Positions 38,481 to 46,314 of a DNA stretch of 64,000 nucleotides are shown here, one piece after another; position 1 is the stretch's first letter, and every line of letters begins with the position of its first letter. The position numbers and the translations under genes were made by a program. Source of the stretch: Bacteroidota bacterium (GTDB lineage Bacteria; Bacteroidota; Ignavibacteria; UBA10030); the NCBI GenBank assembly GCA_040901865.1, contig JBBDYD010000137.1:13089-77088 (forward strand), written 5' to 3'. The notes under the pieces are model-generated. The model did not search any database. It worked only from the letters and a program-made list of their open reading frames with translations, and was not told where the DNA came from.

Positions 38481-38917
38481 CACCGATGATATTTCCGGAT
38501 GTGAACGCGTTGCTGAACTGCACGGCGTTTGTTCTCCTGTTATTCGGGCGTCGAATGATTGCAACCGGCCGCATTCAGGCTCATCGACGATTCATGATCA
38601 GCACATTTGGCGTTTCATGCCTCTTTCTCATATCCTACCTCACGTACCACGCCCTGTATGGCTCACAATCTTTTTGGGGAACGGGGTGGATTCGGACGGC
38701 CTACCTTGTGATTCTCGGTACCCATTCGGTGTGTGCGGTGGTAATTGTGCCCATGGCGCTCATCACACTGCGTCGAGGATTAAAACGCCAGGATGTGATG
38801 CATAAGCGAATTGCCAGATGGACGTACCCGGTGTGGCTTTACGTGTCGGTGACGGGGGTTGTGATCTACTTGATGCTGTATCAGCTCAGACCGGGGGGGG
38901 TTGACTCATTGACATGA
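38477..38917 (+). CDS. DUF420 (CtaM-like) membrane protein associated with aa3-type oxidases
   Basis: Internal ATG 38477 overlaps the permease stop. Four helices. FPDVNALLNCTAFVLLLFG, HRRFM and HKRIARWTYPVWLYVSVTGV patterns recall DUF420. Confidence 0.65.
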   Translation: MTPMIFPDVNALLNCTAFVLLLFGRRMIATGRIQAHRRFMISTFGVSCLFLISYLTYHALYGSQSFWGTGWIRTAYLVILGTHSVCAVVIVPMALITLRRGLKRQDVMHKRIARWTYPVWLYVSVTGVVIYLMLYQLRPGGVDSLT

Positions 38918-39722
38918 TTGTCGAGCGCAGTAACCTGGAGAGACGCCCCCTCACCTTTGAAGCCGTCTCTGTGACTTCCTGATGAGAGAGTTTTGCCGCG
39001 CCTATTCCTGTTCCCATATTTGATATGAGTGACAAGCCTGCCGTCCGAATTCCGGATTGAGTCGCAATGGTTAGTTCGGGCACCGTGGACATTCCCACCG
39101 CATCCACCCCAGTTCGCGCAAGCATTTCGATCTCCGCCGCTGTTTCGTAGCTCGGACCCTTCAGCCAGCAGTAGGTACCTTCCCTGAGGGATATGCCTTG
39201 TGAACGGGCGTTTTGCTGAAAATATTCCCTGATCTTCGGGTCGAGGATTCCAAGGTGCGAGGGTTTCCCGCTCGGGTTGGATGGAAGGGGGAGGAATGTC
39301 AGGTTGAGGACACCAGTGATGAGCATCAGATCCCCCGGATGAAAATTCCTGTTAACTCCTCCTGCAGCGTTGGTGACTATCAGCGAAGTTATTCCGAGTT
39401 GTATTGCCAGCCTGACGGGGAAGAGGACCGGATCGAGGTCACCTGTTTCGTAGAAGTGGACTCGCCCTTGAAAGACCACCAGCGGAATGGAATCGAAGCC
39501 GTTTTCGCTGATCGTGCCGAAAACAACCCGTCCGGAGTGACCCTCGACGGTTGATTGAGGATAGAACGGAATCTCTGATGCAGGGATTGGAATGGGGTTG
39601 CTCAACTCACCGGCAAATTCCCCCAAGCCAGAACCCAGAATGAGCCCAAGTGCTGGTTTGACAGGAAGGCGCTTCAGGACAGCTTGAGCAGCTCCTTGAA
39701 GACGGGTAGTCAGGTCAGGAAT
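38886..39722 (-). CDS. punA: Purine nucleoside phosphorylase (PunA/trimeric type); start codon apparently non-canonical
   Basis: STVEGHSGRVVFG, VTNAAGG, GPSYETAAE and GMSTVPE motifs. The conserved GLILGSGLG loop lies upstream of the only canonical start (TTG 39626). The frame is open to 39734, and ATT at 39722 sits 5 nt after GGAGG. Confidence 0.8.
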   Translation of the reverse strand: MPDLTTRLQGAAQAVLKRLPVKPALGLILGSGLGEFAGELSNPIPIPASEIPFYPQSTVEGHSGRVVFGTISENGFDSIPLVVFQGRVHFYETGDLDPVLFPVRLAIQLGITSLIVTNAAGGVNRNFHPGDLMLITGVLNLTFLPLPSNPSGKPSHLGILDPKIREYFQQNARSQGISLREGTYCWLKGPSYETAAEIEMLARTGVDAVGMSTVPELTIATQSGIRTAGLSLISNMGTGIGAAKLSHQEVTETASKVRGRLSRLLRSTIMSMSQPPPV

Positions 39723-39723
39723 A

Positions 39724-41082
39724 TCAGCCTCCGATCAGTATCCCCGCGATGGTCGCTGTAAGGAGCGTGGAGAGTGTTCCACCCAGGACCGCCCTTAGAC
39801 CCAGGGCTGCCAGATCCTTGCGCCTATGGGGTGCCATGGGGCTCAAACCGCCTATCTGAATCGCAATCGAGGAGAAATTGGCGAATCCGCAAAGAGCAAA
39901 TGTAGACATTGCAATTGCCTTCTCAGATACAAGCTTCCCCTCGGTAATCATCGTAGACATGTCCAGATAGGCAACAAATTCGTTTAGAACTACCTTTGTG
40001 CCAATGAGTGCTCCGAAGTTCAGTGCTTCAGCTGAAGGGACTCCAATAGCAAGAGCGAGGTATTGCAAAATAAGCCCCATGACGAGTTGCAGGTTCAACG
40101 GCTTTCCGTAGTGAGTCATCAAGACATCATTAAGCCCCAAGAACCCGCCAACCCATTCAAGAAGAAAATTGAACAATGCAATTAATGCTATGAATGCCAA
40201 TAACATGGCGCCAACGTTTAAGGCCAATTGGAGGCCATCCGCCGCACCACTGGCAGCGGCCTCGATGACATTTGATGCGTTCTTTTCAACCTTAACTTTG
40301 ACCGTCCCTTTCGTCTCAGGCTCCTCAGTCTCCGGATAAATGATCTTAGATATGAGAAGGGCGGCGGGAGCAGCCATAATGCTGGCTCCGAGAAGCTGTG
40401 CCGCGAAACGAACCTGTGCCTCGTTGATCCCGATGTTGTGCGCCTGAGAAAAGGCATATCCGAGCATTTGTACGTATGCTGCAAGGACTCCGCCTGCAAT
40501 CGTCGCCATTCCACCAGTCATAATCGTCAGGAGTTCGGATTTGGTCATGCCGGCTATGTATGGCCGGATCATGAGGGGCGCTTCTGTTTGGCCGACAAAG
40601 ATGTTCGCAGTATTCGACAATGACTCCGCTCCGCTGGTTCCCATCACCCTTGCCATAACCCAGGCCATCCCCTGAACGATCTTCTGCATAACTCCGAGAT
40701 AGTACATCACAGACATTAAACAAGAAAAGAAGATAATCGTTGGAAGTACTTGAAATGCAAAGAAAAATCCGATTGAGCTTGGGTTACCCGGACTAATGGC
40801 AAGAGTCCCGAAAATGAACTTCGCTCCTTCAGTCGTGAATCCAAGGATCACTACGAAGGCCTCCGCAATAGTTCCGAATGCTGCCTTCGGCCATCCAAGT
40901 GGGCCAAACACCTCTCCAAGTTCCGTTCCCTTGATGACGAGGATACCAAAAACTGCCTGTAAGGCCAGCCCTGTTCCTACAAGGCGCCAGTTCACTCTTC
41001 TGCGGTTGTTTGAAAACGACCAGGCAATCCCAAGGAGCACGGCGATTCCGAGAAGACCTTGAAGGAAGGAAAGGAGGGTCAT
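39724..41082 (-). CDS. nupC: Concentrative nucleoside transporter (NupC/CNT family)
   Basis: 452 aa, polytopic. FVGQTEAPLMIRPY and GGMATIAGGVLAAY are CNT-family signatures. Confidence 0.88.
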   Translation of the reverse strand: MTLLSFLQGLLGIAVLLGIAWSFSNNRRRVNWRLVGTGLALQAVFGILVIKGTELGEVFGPLGWPKAAFGTIAEAFVVILGFTTEGAKFIFGTLAISPGNPSSIGFFFAFQVLPTIIFFSCLMSVMYYLGVMQKIVQGMAWVMARVMGTSGAESLSNTANIFVGQTEAPLMIRPYIAGMTKSELLTIMTGGMATIAGGVLAAYVQMLGYAFSQAHNIGINEAQVRFAAQLLGASIMAAPAALLISKIIYPETEEPETKGTVKVKVEKNASNVIEAAASGAADGLQLALNVGAMLLAFIALIALFNFLLEWVGGFLGLNDVLMTHYGKPLNLQLVMGLILQYLALAIGVPSAEALNFGALIGTKVVLNEFVAYLDMSTMITEGKLVSEKAIAMSTFALCGFANFSSIAIQIGGLSPMAPHRRKDLAALGLRAVLGGTLSTLLTATIAGILIGG

Positions 41083-41102
41083 GGGCAGTCCTTTGGAAGT
41101 GC

Positions 41103-41678
41103 TTAATCGAGGGGTGGTTCAAAGCAATTGCGACACCGGGCTTCGTAGATATCCTTGGCGCCGATGAGAACACGGTCTTGCTGCTGTGTCTTCCGCTGCG
41201 TCCGATCCGCTGGATTTCCACACACAACGCAAATTGCGAGGGTCTTGGTTATATATTCTGCTACAGCAAGTAGTTGTGGAATCGGTTCGAAGGGTTTTCC
41301 ACGATAGTCCTGATCGAGCCCCGCAACTATGACCCGTCTGCCTTCGTTAGCGAGTTTCTCGCAAACTTCGACCAGATTGGCTTTGAAGAACTGTGCTTCG
41401 TCGACCCCGATTACCTGAGCATCACGTACCAAGGGGGGGATCTCATCCGCGCTATCTACAGGGTGTGAGGTGATCGATTGTTCGCTATGAGAAACTATAT
41501 GCTCCGCGCTGAATCTCGTATCAATCCGCGGCTTGAAGATTGCAACGTGCTGTTTGGCGATCTGGGCTCTCCGGAGTCTCCGAATGAGCTCTTCGGTCTT
41601 TCCGCTGAACATGCAGCCGCAAATGACTTCGATCCATCCGGTGTTTCTTGGGACAATATGTTGAGCCGATGTATCCAT
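41103..41678 (-). CDS. tdk: Thymidine kinase
   Basis: P-loop [21 protein letters not shown], zinc ribbon CVVCG...ARCRNC. Confidence 0.93.
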   Translation of the reverse strand: MDTSAQHIVPRNTGWIEVICGCMFSGKTEELIRRLRRAQIAKQHVAIFKPRIDTRFSAEHIVSHSEQSITSHPVDSADEIPPLVRDAQVIGVDEAQFFKANLVEVCEKLANEGRRVIVAGLDQDYRGKPFEPIPQLLAVAEYITKTLAICVVCGNPADRTQRKTQQQDRVLIGAKDIYEARCRNCFEPPLD

Positions 41679-42088
41679 TATTTTCTTTTTACTGATCGGG
41701 CTAACATCTTGGAATCAAAGGCGATTGGCAGGAGGGACTTGAGTTTTAGCACCTTGGTTCTGGAGGATGACGAAAGCACGACATCGATATTGCCCGCAAG
41801 GTCCCACAGCACTTGTCTGCAGGCCCCGCAGGGCGGAGTCATTTCATTTCCGCTGGAGACAATTGCGATAGCCCGGAATTCGTTGTCCCCTTCGGAGATG
41901 GCTTTGAAGAGCGCCGTCCGTTCAGCGCAGATCGTTAGACTGTAGCTGCTGCTCTCCACGTTACAGCCCCGGTAGATTTTTCCAGAAGTCGTTAGAAGTG
42001 CTGCTCCAACCTTGAATCGGGAGTAGGGAGCATGGGCGTTCAATTGTGCTGCTTTTGCCGAACGGACGAGTGGATGGTAATTTGGCAT
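41678..42088 (-). CDS. cdd: Cytidine deaminase
   Basis: CAERTALF and PCGACRQVL zinc motifs; 136 aa. Confidence 0.9.
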   Translation of the reverse strand: MPNYHPLVRSAKAAQLNAHAPYSRFKVGAALLTTSGKIYRGCNVESSSYSLTICAERTALFKAISEGDNEFRAIAIVSSGNEMTPPCGACRQVLWDLAGNIDVVLSSSSRTKVLKLKSLLPIAFDSKMLARSVKRK

Positions 42089-42160
42089 GGGGCTCCCGGG
42101 GGTGCTTCAATGGCGGAAAAATATAGGGAACAATGGAGCGAAATGCAACGAAACGAGTTT

Positions 42161-43192
42161 CTAAAACGCGTCCAGCAATGCATTGAAAGGGTGGATCTTC
42201 AGCGTGCAAACACACTGATGGCACTCCTTCAGCCGATACGCCCGTACATCGGTTCTTGTTTCCCTGATCTCCGGTGTGTTAAGCAGATCCGGGAGCGGCC
42301 GCGATCTTACGTTCCCGAACGAGGGAAGGAAATAGCAAGGCAAAACATCTCCCGTTGAACTGATTACCAACGAAACAGACGGTGCGTTGCACTCGTTGCG
42401 TGGAAACGGAGAAATTCCCTGATGGGCTTCGAAATACTCAACCAGATGGATCATTTTTCCGGGAGTCTCAGCAATGAAATGGGTGAGAAATTCGGATTTC
42501 CGCTTTTGGAGCAAATCCTTCACCGATTCCCTGAATACCGCGCACTCTTCAGGATCCAAAAGGATGTCCACCGAAGGTGCAACAGGCCCGACTCGATCTC
42601 TGTGAAATGCATCTGATTGGACGTCCGCTGCGAGGAAGGAAAGCCTGTCGATTCCAAGCCCCTTCGCGAAAACGACCATCTCGTCCAGCTTTCTGAAATT
42701 CCGTCGTTGAACGACAAACCGGACGGAAAGAGATGGTTTGTTGGTGTTTCCGACCATCGCCTCAATACCCCTTACAATCTGATCAAAGCATTCTAATCCG
42801 CGTATCGAATTATGAGTCATGGCATCCGGCCCGTCAAGGGAGATGATGACCTCTTCGAAAAAGGGGAGGATTTCCTTCGCTCGTTTTTCAAGCAATAGCC
42901 CGTTGGTCAGAAGTGTTTGCCGGACACCGGTTCGCTCAGCAATTCTGCAGATTTCCAGAAAGTCTTTTCGCATGAGAGGTTCCCCACCGGAATAAACAAC
43001 GCGACGCAGGCCCATTTGCTGGAGATGCTTGAAAAGCTCCTTGTATTCATCAACAGTCATCTCGCTCGGAAGGGGATCGCGATATGAACAGGTCATGCAG
43101 CGAAGGTTGCAGCCGGCGGTCACGTAGAGAATGACGATCGGAAGAGAATGCGCCCGGGTGCCAACAGTATTCAGAAAGGCCCGATAGTTCAT
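42161..43192 (-). CDS. Radical SAM enzyme with a C-terminal SPASM/twitch-like Cys-rich domain
   Basis: CNLRCMTC (C28/C32/C35, CX3CX2C), SGGEPLM glycine-rich motif. The C-terminus has CNAPSVSLVISSTGDVLPC (CX12GX4C) and CHQCVC. Confidence 0.8.
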   Translation of the reverse strand: MNYRAFLNTVGTRAHSLPIVILYVTAGCNLRCMTCSYRDPLPSEMTVDEYKELFKHLQQMGLRRVVYSGGEPLMRKDFLEICRIAERTGVRQTLLTNGLLLEKRAKEILPFFEEVIISLDGPDAMTHNSIRGLECFDQIVRGIEAMVGNTNKPSLSVRFVVQRRNFRKLDEMVVFAKGLGIDRLSFLAADVQSDAFHRDRVGPVAPSVDILLDPEECAVFRESVKDLLQKRKSEFLTHFIAETPGKMIHLVEYFEAHQGISPFPRNECNAPSVSLVISSTGDVLPCYFLPSFGNVRSRPLPDLLNTPEIRETRTDVRAYRLKECHQCVCTLKIHPFNALLDAF

Positions 43193-43257
43193 TAAAGGCT
43201 TGTTTGTTTGTCCTTTGAGTCGAGGATGTCAGTCATTGAGCGGACAGGGCGCTGTTT

Positions 43258-44655
43258 CTAATAGAGTGATGAGATCTTGAAGGACCTGTAAATGAACTGA
43301 ACGGGCTCAGCAACAGAAGCTTCCCATCGTTTTCGCCCGAAAGGGTCGACCTCCACCAATCGCGGAACTCTGCCGTACGTAATAAACGTATGGCCACCTG
43401 GTAATCTCTGAGCGAACCCCAGTGCAGAAGAGTACAAAGGGGGTGTAGCACGGTATTCCCATACGAGAGTTGCCCGCTTCAGCTGCTCATCGAGGTGATA
43501 TTCCACGGCCCTGCTTTCCTGTGGGGATCGTCTGTTGCCGTTGTCAAAAAGGATAATATTCCTGTTCTCCAGGCGACGGATCCCATGCTGGTGCGAAAAG
43601 CCGTTGAAGGGATCGCCAACGAATTCAAACTCATTATTCTCCCCGCCAAGTCGCCAAACAATATTCCCCGAATTCGCATCGATTTGTGTTACCTCTTCGG
43701 TGTGTCGGAACGAAGCGAGGAGATTTCCGTCAACATCGATCTCGAGGGCATTGCCGTGCCAGGGATTGACATTCTGACCAAGGAGTGAAATGTTGTCTGC
43801 GGCATCGGTCACACTGAAGTGATCGAACGTGTTCCAATACAGAGGGACTGATTCCGGCCTGTAGTATTCTACCACAATCCCTTTTACAATCGCATTTGCG
43901 AGCCCCCCAAACTCCGACAGATCCATTTCGCGATATTCGATTCCGAACAAAACATGGGCATCTCCGTCGATCCGCAATTCATGAACATCGGTTTCCCGGT
44001 TTTCCCTTGCTTGATATGAGCGAACAATGGTCCCCAAAATATCCGCCTCATAAAATTGCGTTGCGTAACCGGGACGGGCAACACAGGCGGTGTAGTTTCC
44101 ATTCGGCTGTTTTTGAAAATCAATCACGGATCCTTCGAATCTTCGATACCAGAGTACATCGCCCACACTGTTAAAAATGACCCCATACGCATGAGCACCG
44201 GCACCTGTAAATCCGGCCATGACGTATCCCGGCGCCGGATTGTCGGATTCATGGATCACAAGTCGTGGCATATCGCTCGGAAGAGATCCCGTCGTAAAGG
44301 TGACGGAATCGCCGCTTCTTTCATGACCGTGTTGCGAGATTGCCACGGGCTTTGCCCAGTACGTTTTTTCCGGCTCCAATCCAAGGAGCGGAATTCGTAC
44401 CGCCTTGTTACCCACGGTCCTCAAGGGCGTGCGGAAATTCATGGACGTATCCGTCCCGTATTCAATTCTGACTGAGACCGCGTTATTGGTTCTGATCCTG
44501 CCAACTGCGCTGAGAATGTTCTCCGGGTTTCCCGATATGTTGAATTCCGTGATTTCCGGCGCGTCGATGGGATTTGAAATCTGAATACCGGTATCGCAAC
44601 CGAGCAGAATGAAAACGGAAACACCGGGGATAATAAACGCTCGAACGGTTGCCAC
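43258..44655 (-). CDS. Lipoprotein with arylsulfotransferase (ASST)-like beta-propeller
   Basis: Lipobox VFILLGC near the N-terminus. An FN3/Ig-like segment is followed by NPWHGNALEIDVDGNLLASFRHTEEVTQIDANSGNIVWRLGG and FSHQHGIRRLENRNIILFDNGN, which are typical of the ASST family. Confidence 0.65.
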   Translation of the reverse strand: MATVRAFIIPGVSVFILLGCDTGIQISNPIDAPEITEFNISGNPENILSAVGRIRTNNAVSVRIEYGTDTSMNFRTPLRTVGNKAVRIPLLGLEPEKTYWAKPVAISQHGHERSGDSVTFTTGSLPSDMPRLVIHESDNPAPGYVMAGFTGAGAHAYGVIFNSVGDVLWYRRFEGSVIDFQKQPNGNYTACVARPGYATQFYEADILGTIVRSYQARENRETDVHELRIDGDAHVLFGIEYREMDLSEFGGLANAIVKGIVVEYYRPESVPLYWNTFDHFSVTDAADNISLLGQNVNPWHGNALEIDVDGNLLASFRHTEEVTQIDANSGNIVWRLGGENNEFEFVGDPFNGFSHQHGIRRLENRNIILFDNGNRRSPQESRAVEYHLDEQLKRATLVWEYRATPPLYSSALGFAQRLPGGHTFITYGRVPRLVEVDPFGRKRWEASVAEPVQFIYRSFKISSLY

Positions 44656-44661
44656 GGTCGT

Positions 44662-46275
44662 TTACCTCGTTTCCTCGCTATTTCGGTTTCGGATACGGAT
44701 CAATGCAAACCTGGCTGGCGGTCGTCGGCCTCGAAGACGGGCAAGGAACGGTCGCAAATTCCAAACGAGGCCGTACGATGGGAAAAACATATCAACGGCA
44801 TACAACGCGCGGAGTTGATCAAGCCCGGTGAATGTCAGGTAACTGCCGGCAAATTCGCTTGTCAATGTCTCCCTTTCGTCGTGCGAAAAAGATTCGATTC
44901 TCTCTTTCATCATCGCTTCACCACTTTCCCCACTGCGATAAATAGGAGAATCAACAATATAGATGCATCCTTTCTGCTTCAACAGTGACATCATCTTCTT
45001 GATTGTTTCATAGGGATCATTCGCATAGTGAAGCGAAGCGTTAAAAATAATGACTTCAAAGGAGTGTTCCGCAAAAGGAAGGAAATCGAATTCCGCTCTC
45101 ACTAAGTTGAACCCGGGCTCCCCAATATCCCGTAACCGCTGAACAACGCCAAGCCCGTCCTCAGGATCCGTATTGGCATCAACGCCGGTAACGCTGTACC
45201 CCAAACGGGCCAGGCGAAGCGAGAGCCAGCAATTTCCGGCCCCAAGGTCGAGAATCTTTTGCGGATCAGTGTGGGTATCCTGAACCAAATGATCAATAAG
45301 GCAATCATAGGATTTGGCACGGATGGCCCACATATCCGAATGTTCGTTGCTCAGATCACGATAGGGAAGCTCATGGTAATAGCGCGGGTCTTTGTCTCCC
45401 CAACGCTCTTTTCGTCTTACCGATTGGTACGTGTTGAGAAACCGGCCGAGAATTGACTGACGGCTTGGGAGGATAAAATCCGGAATGCCATCAACGGTCT
45501 CAAAGAAGAATGATTCGTTTCTGCATTCCCATCCTCCCCGTGATTCCACCAGGGCTCCCCGACATGAAGGACAGTGGAGAATGTCATCCATACTTACGGA
45601 AGGTGTGAATTTGTAGACAAAGAAATCCTCAAAAAGCGTTTGGTGCTGATGAACACGCTGTGCCGTGAACTTGCACTCCGAGAACATTCTCAGAATGCGT
45701 TCGATATCAGCATCAGATGAGAGGATCAGCAGCAGATATCCCCCCGGTTTGAGGAATGCGGCGGCTTGTCGTGAGAATTCCTTGATGACGGACAAATTGC
45801 GTCCACCATAGAGGGCGGGATCGTCGGACGTGTTTTGCCGCTCGTCAAAATACGGGGGATTGAAGATAATCATGTCGAATACTTCGTGGGGGAGCGGATC
45901 AAAGAGAGAACCCTCCAGAACCCTTGTCGCGGAAGCGTATCCGTTCCGGCGAATATTCTCTGAAGCGCACTGGACCGCCTGCGGATTGATATCCGTTGCA
46001 GTCACACGGGCACCCTGACCGGCGGCCAAAAGGGCAAGAATCCCGGAACCGGTCCCCAAGTCGAGGACATGCTTTCCCCGAAGATCCAGAGAGGACAAAT
46101 ATCGAGCGAGGATCCTCCCACTCTTGAAAATACGCGGATGCATGACCGAAGGCTGGATCACAAACTCAAATCCGTTGTGGGATGTTGACACGGGCCGTTT
46201 CAGGCGGGCCCGGTAGAGGAGATTGAACGCAAGAAAATGATACGCAGGACGAAGAATTGCCGACAGGGATTTCAT
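44662..46275 (-). CDS. Fused double methyltransferase: NPPY-type MTase, Trm112-like linker, second class-I SAM MTase
   Basis: N domain VLDLGTGSGILALLAA plus IIFNPPYF. Linker LHCPSCRGAL...ETVDGIPDFILP. C domain ILDLGAGNCWLSLRLA ... IIFNASLHY. ATG 46275 is preferred over TTG 46284. Confidence 0.75.
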   Translation of the reverse strand: MKSLSAILRPAYHFLAFNLLYRARLKRPVSTSHNGFEFVIQPSVMHPRIFKSGRILARYLSSLDLRGKHVLDLGTGSGILALLAAGQGARVTATDINPQAVQCASENIRRNGYASATRVLEGSLFDPLPHEVFDMIIFNPPYFDERQNTSDDPALYGGRNLSVIKEFSRQAAAFLKPGGYLLLILSSDADIERILRMFSECKFTAQRVHQHQTLFEDFFVYKFTPSVSMDDILHCPSCRGALVESRGGWECRNESFFFETVDGIPDFILPSRQSILGRFLNTYQSVRRKERWGDKDPRYYHELPYRDLSNEHSDMWAIRAKSYDCLIDHLVQDTHTDPQKILDLGAGNCWLSLRLARLGYSVTGVDANTDPEDGLGVVQRLRDIGEPGFNLVRAEFDFLPFAEHSFEVIIFNASLHYANDPYETIKKMMSLLKQKGCIYIVDSPIYRSGESGEAMMKERIESFSHDERETLTSEFAGSYLTFTGLDQLRALYAVDMFFPSYGLVWNLRPFLARLRGRRPPARFALIRIRNRNSEETR

Positions 46276-46314
46276 GCAGTTCAATGGAACGGAATTATCG
46301 TAGGAGGAATGCGT

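Noticed and set aside
38886-38917. 32-nt convergent overlap of the 3' ends of the DUF420 gene (+) and punA (-)
   Set aside because: It is real in the sequence but is probably just compaction. There is no hairpin or antisense-regulation signal that I can support.
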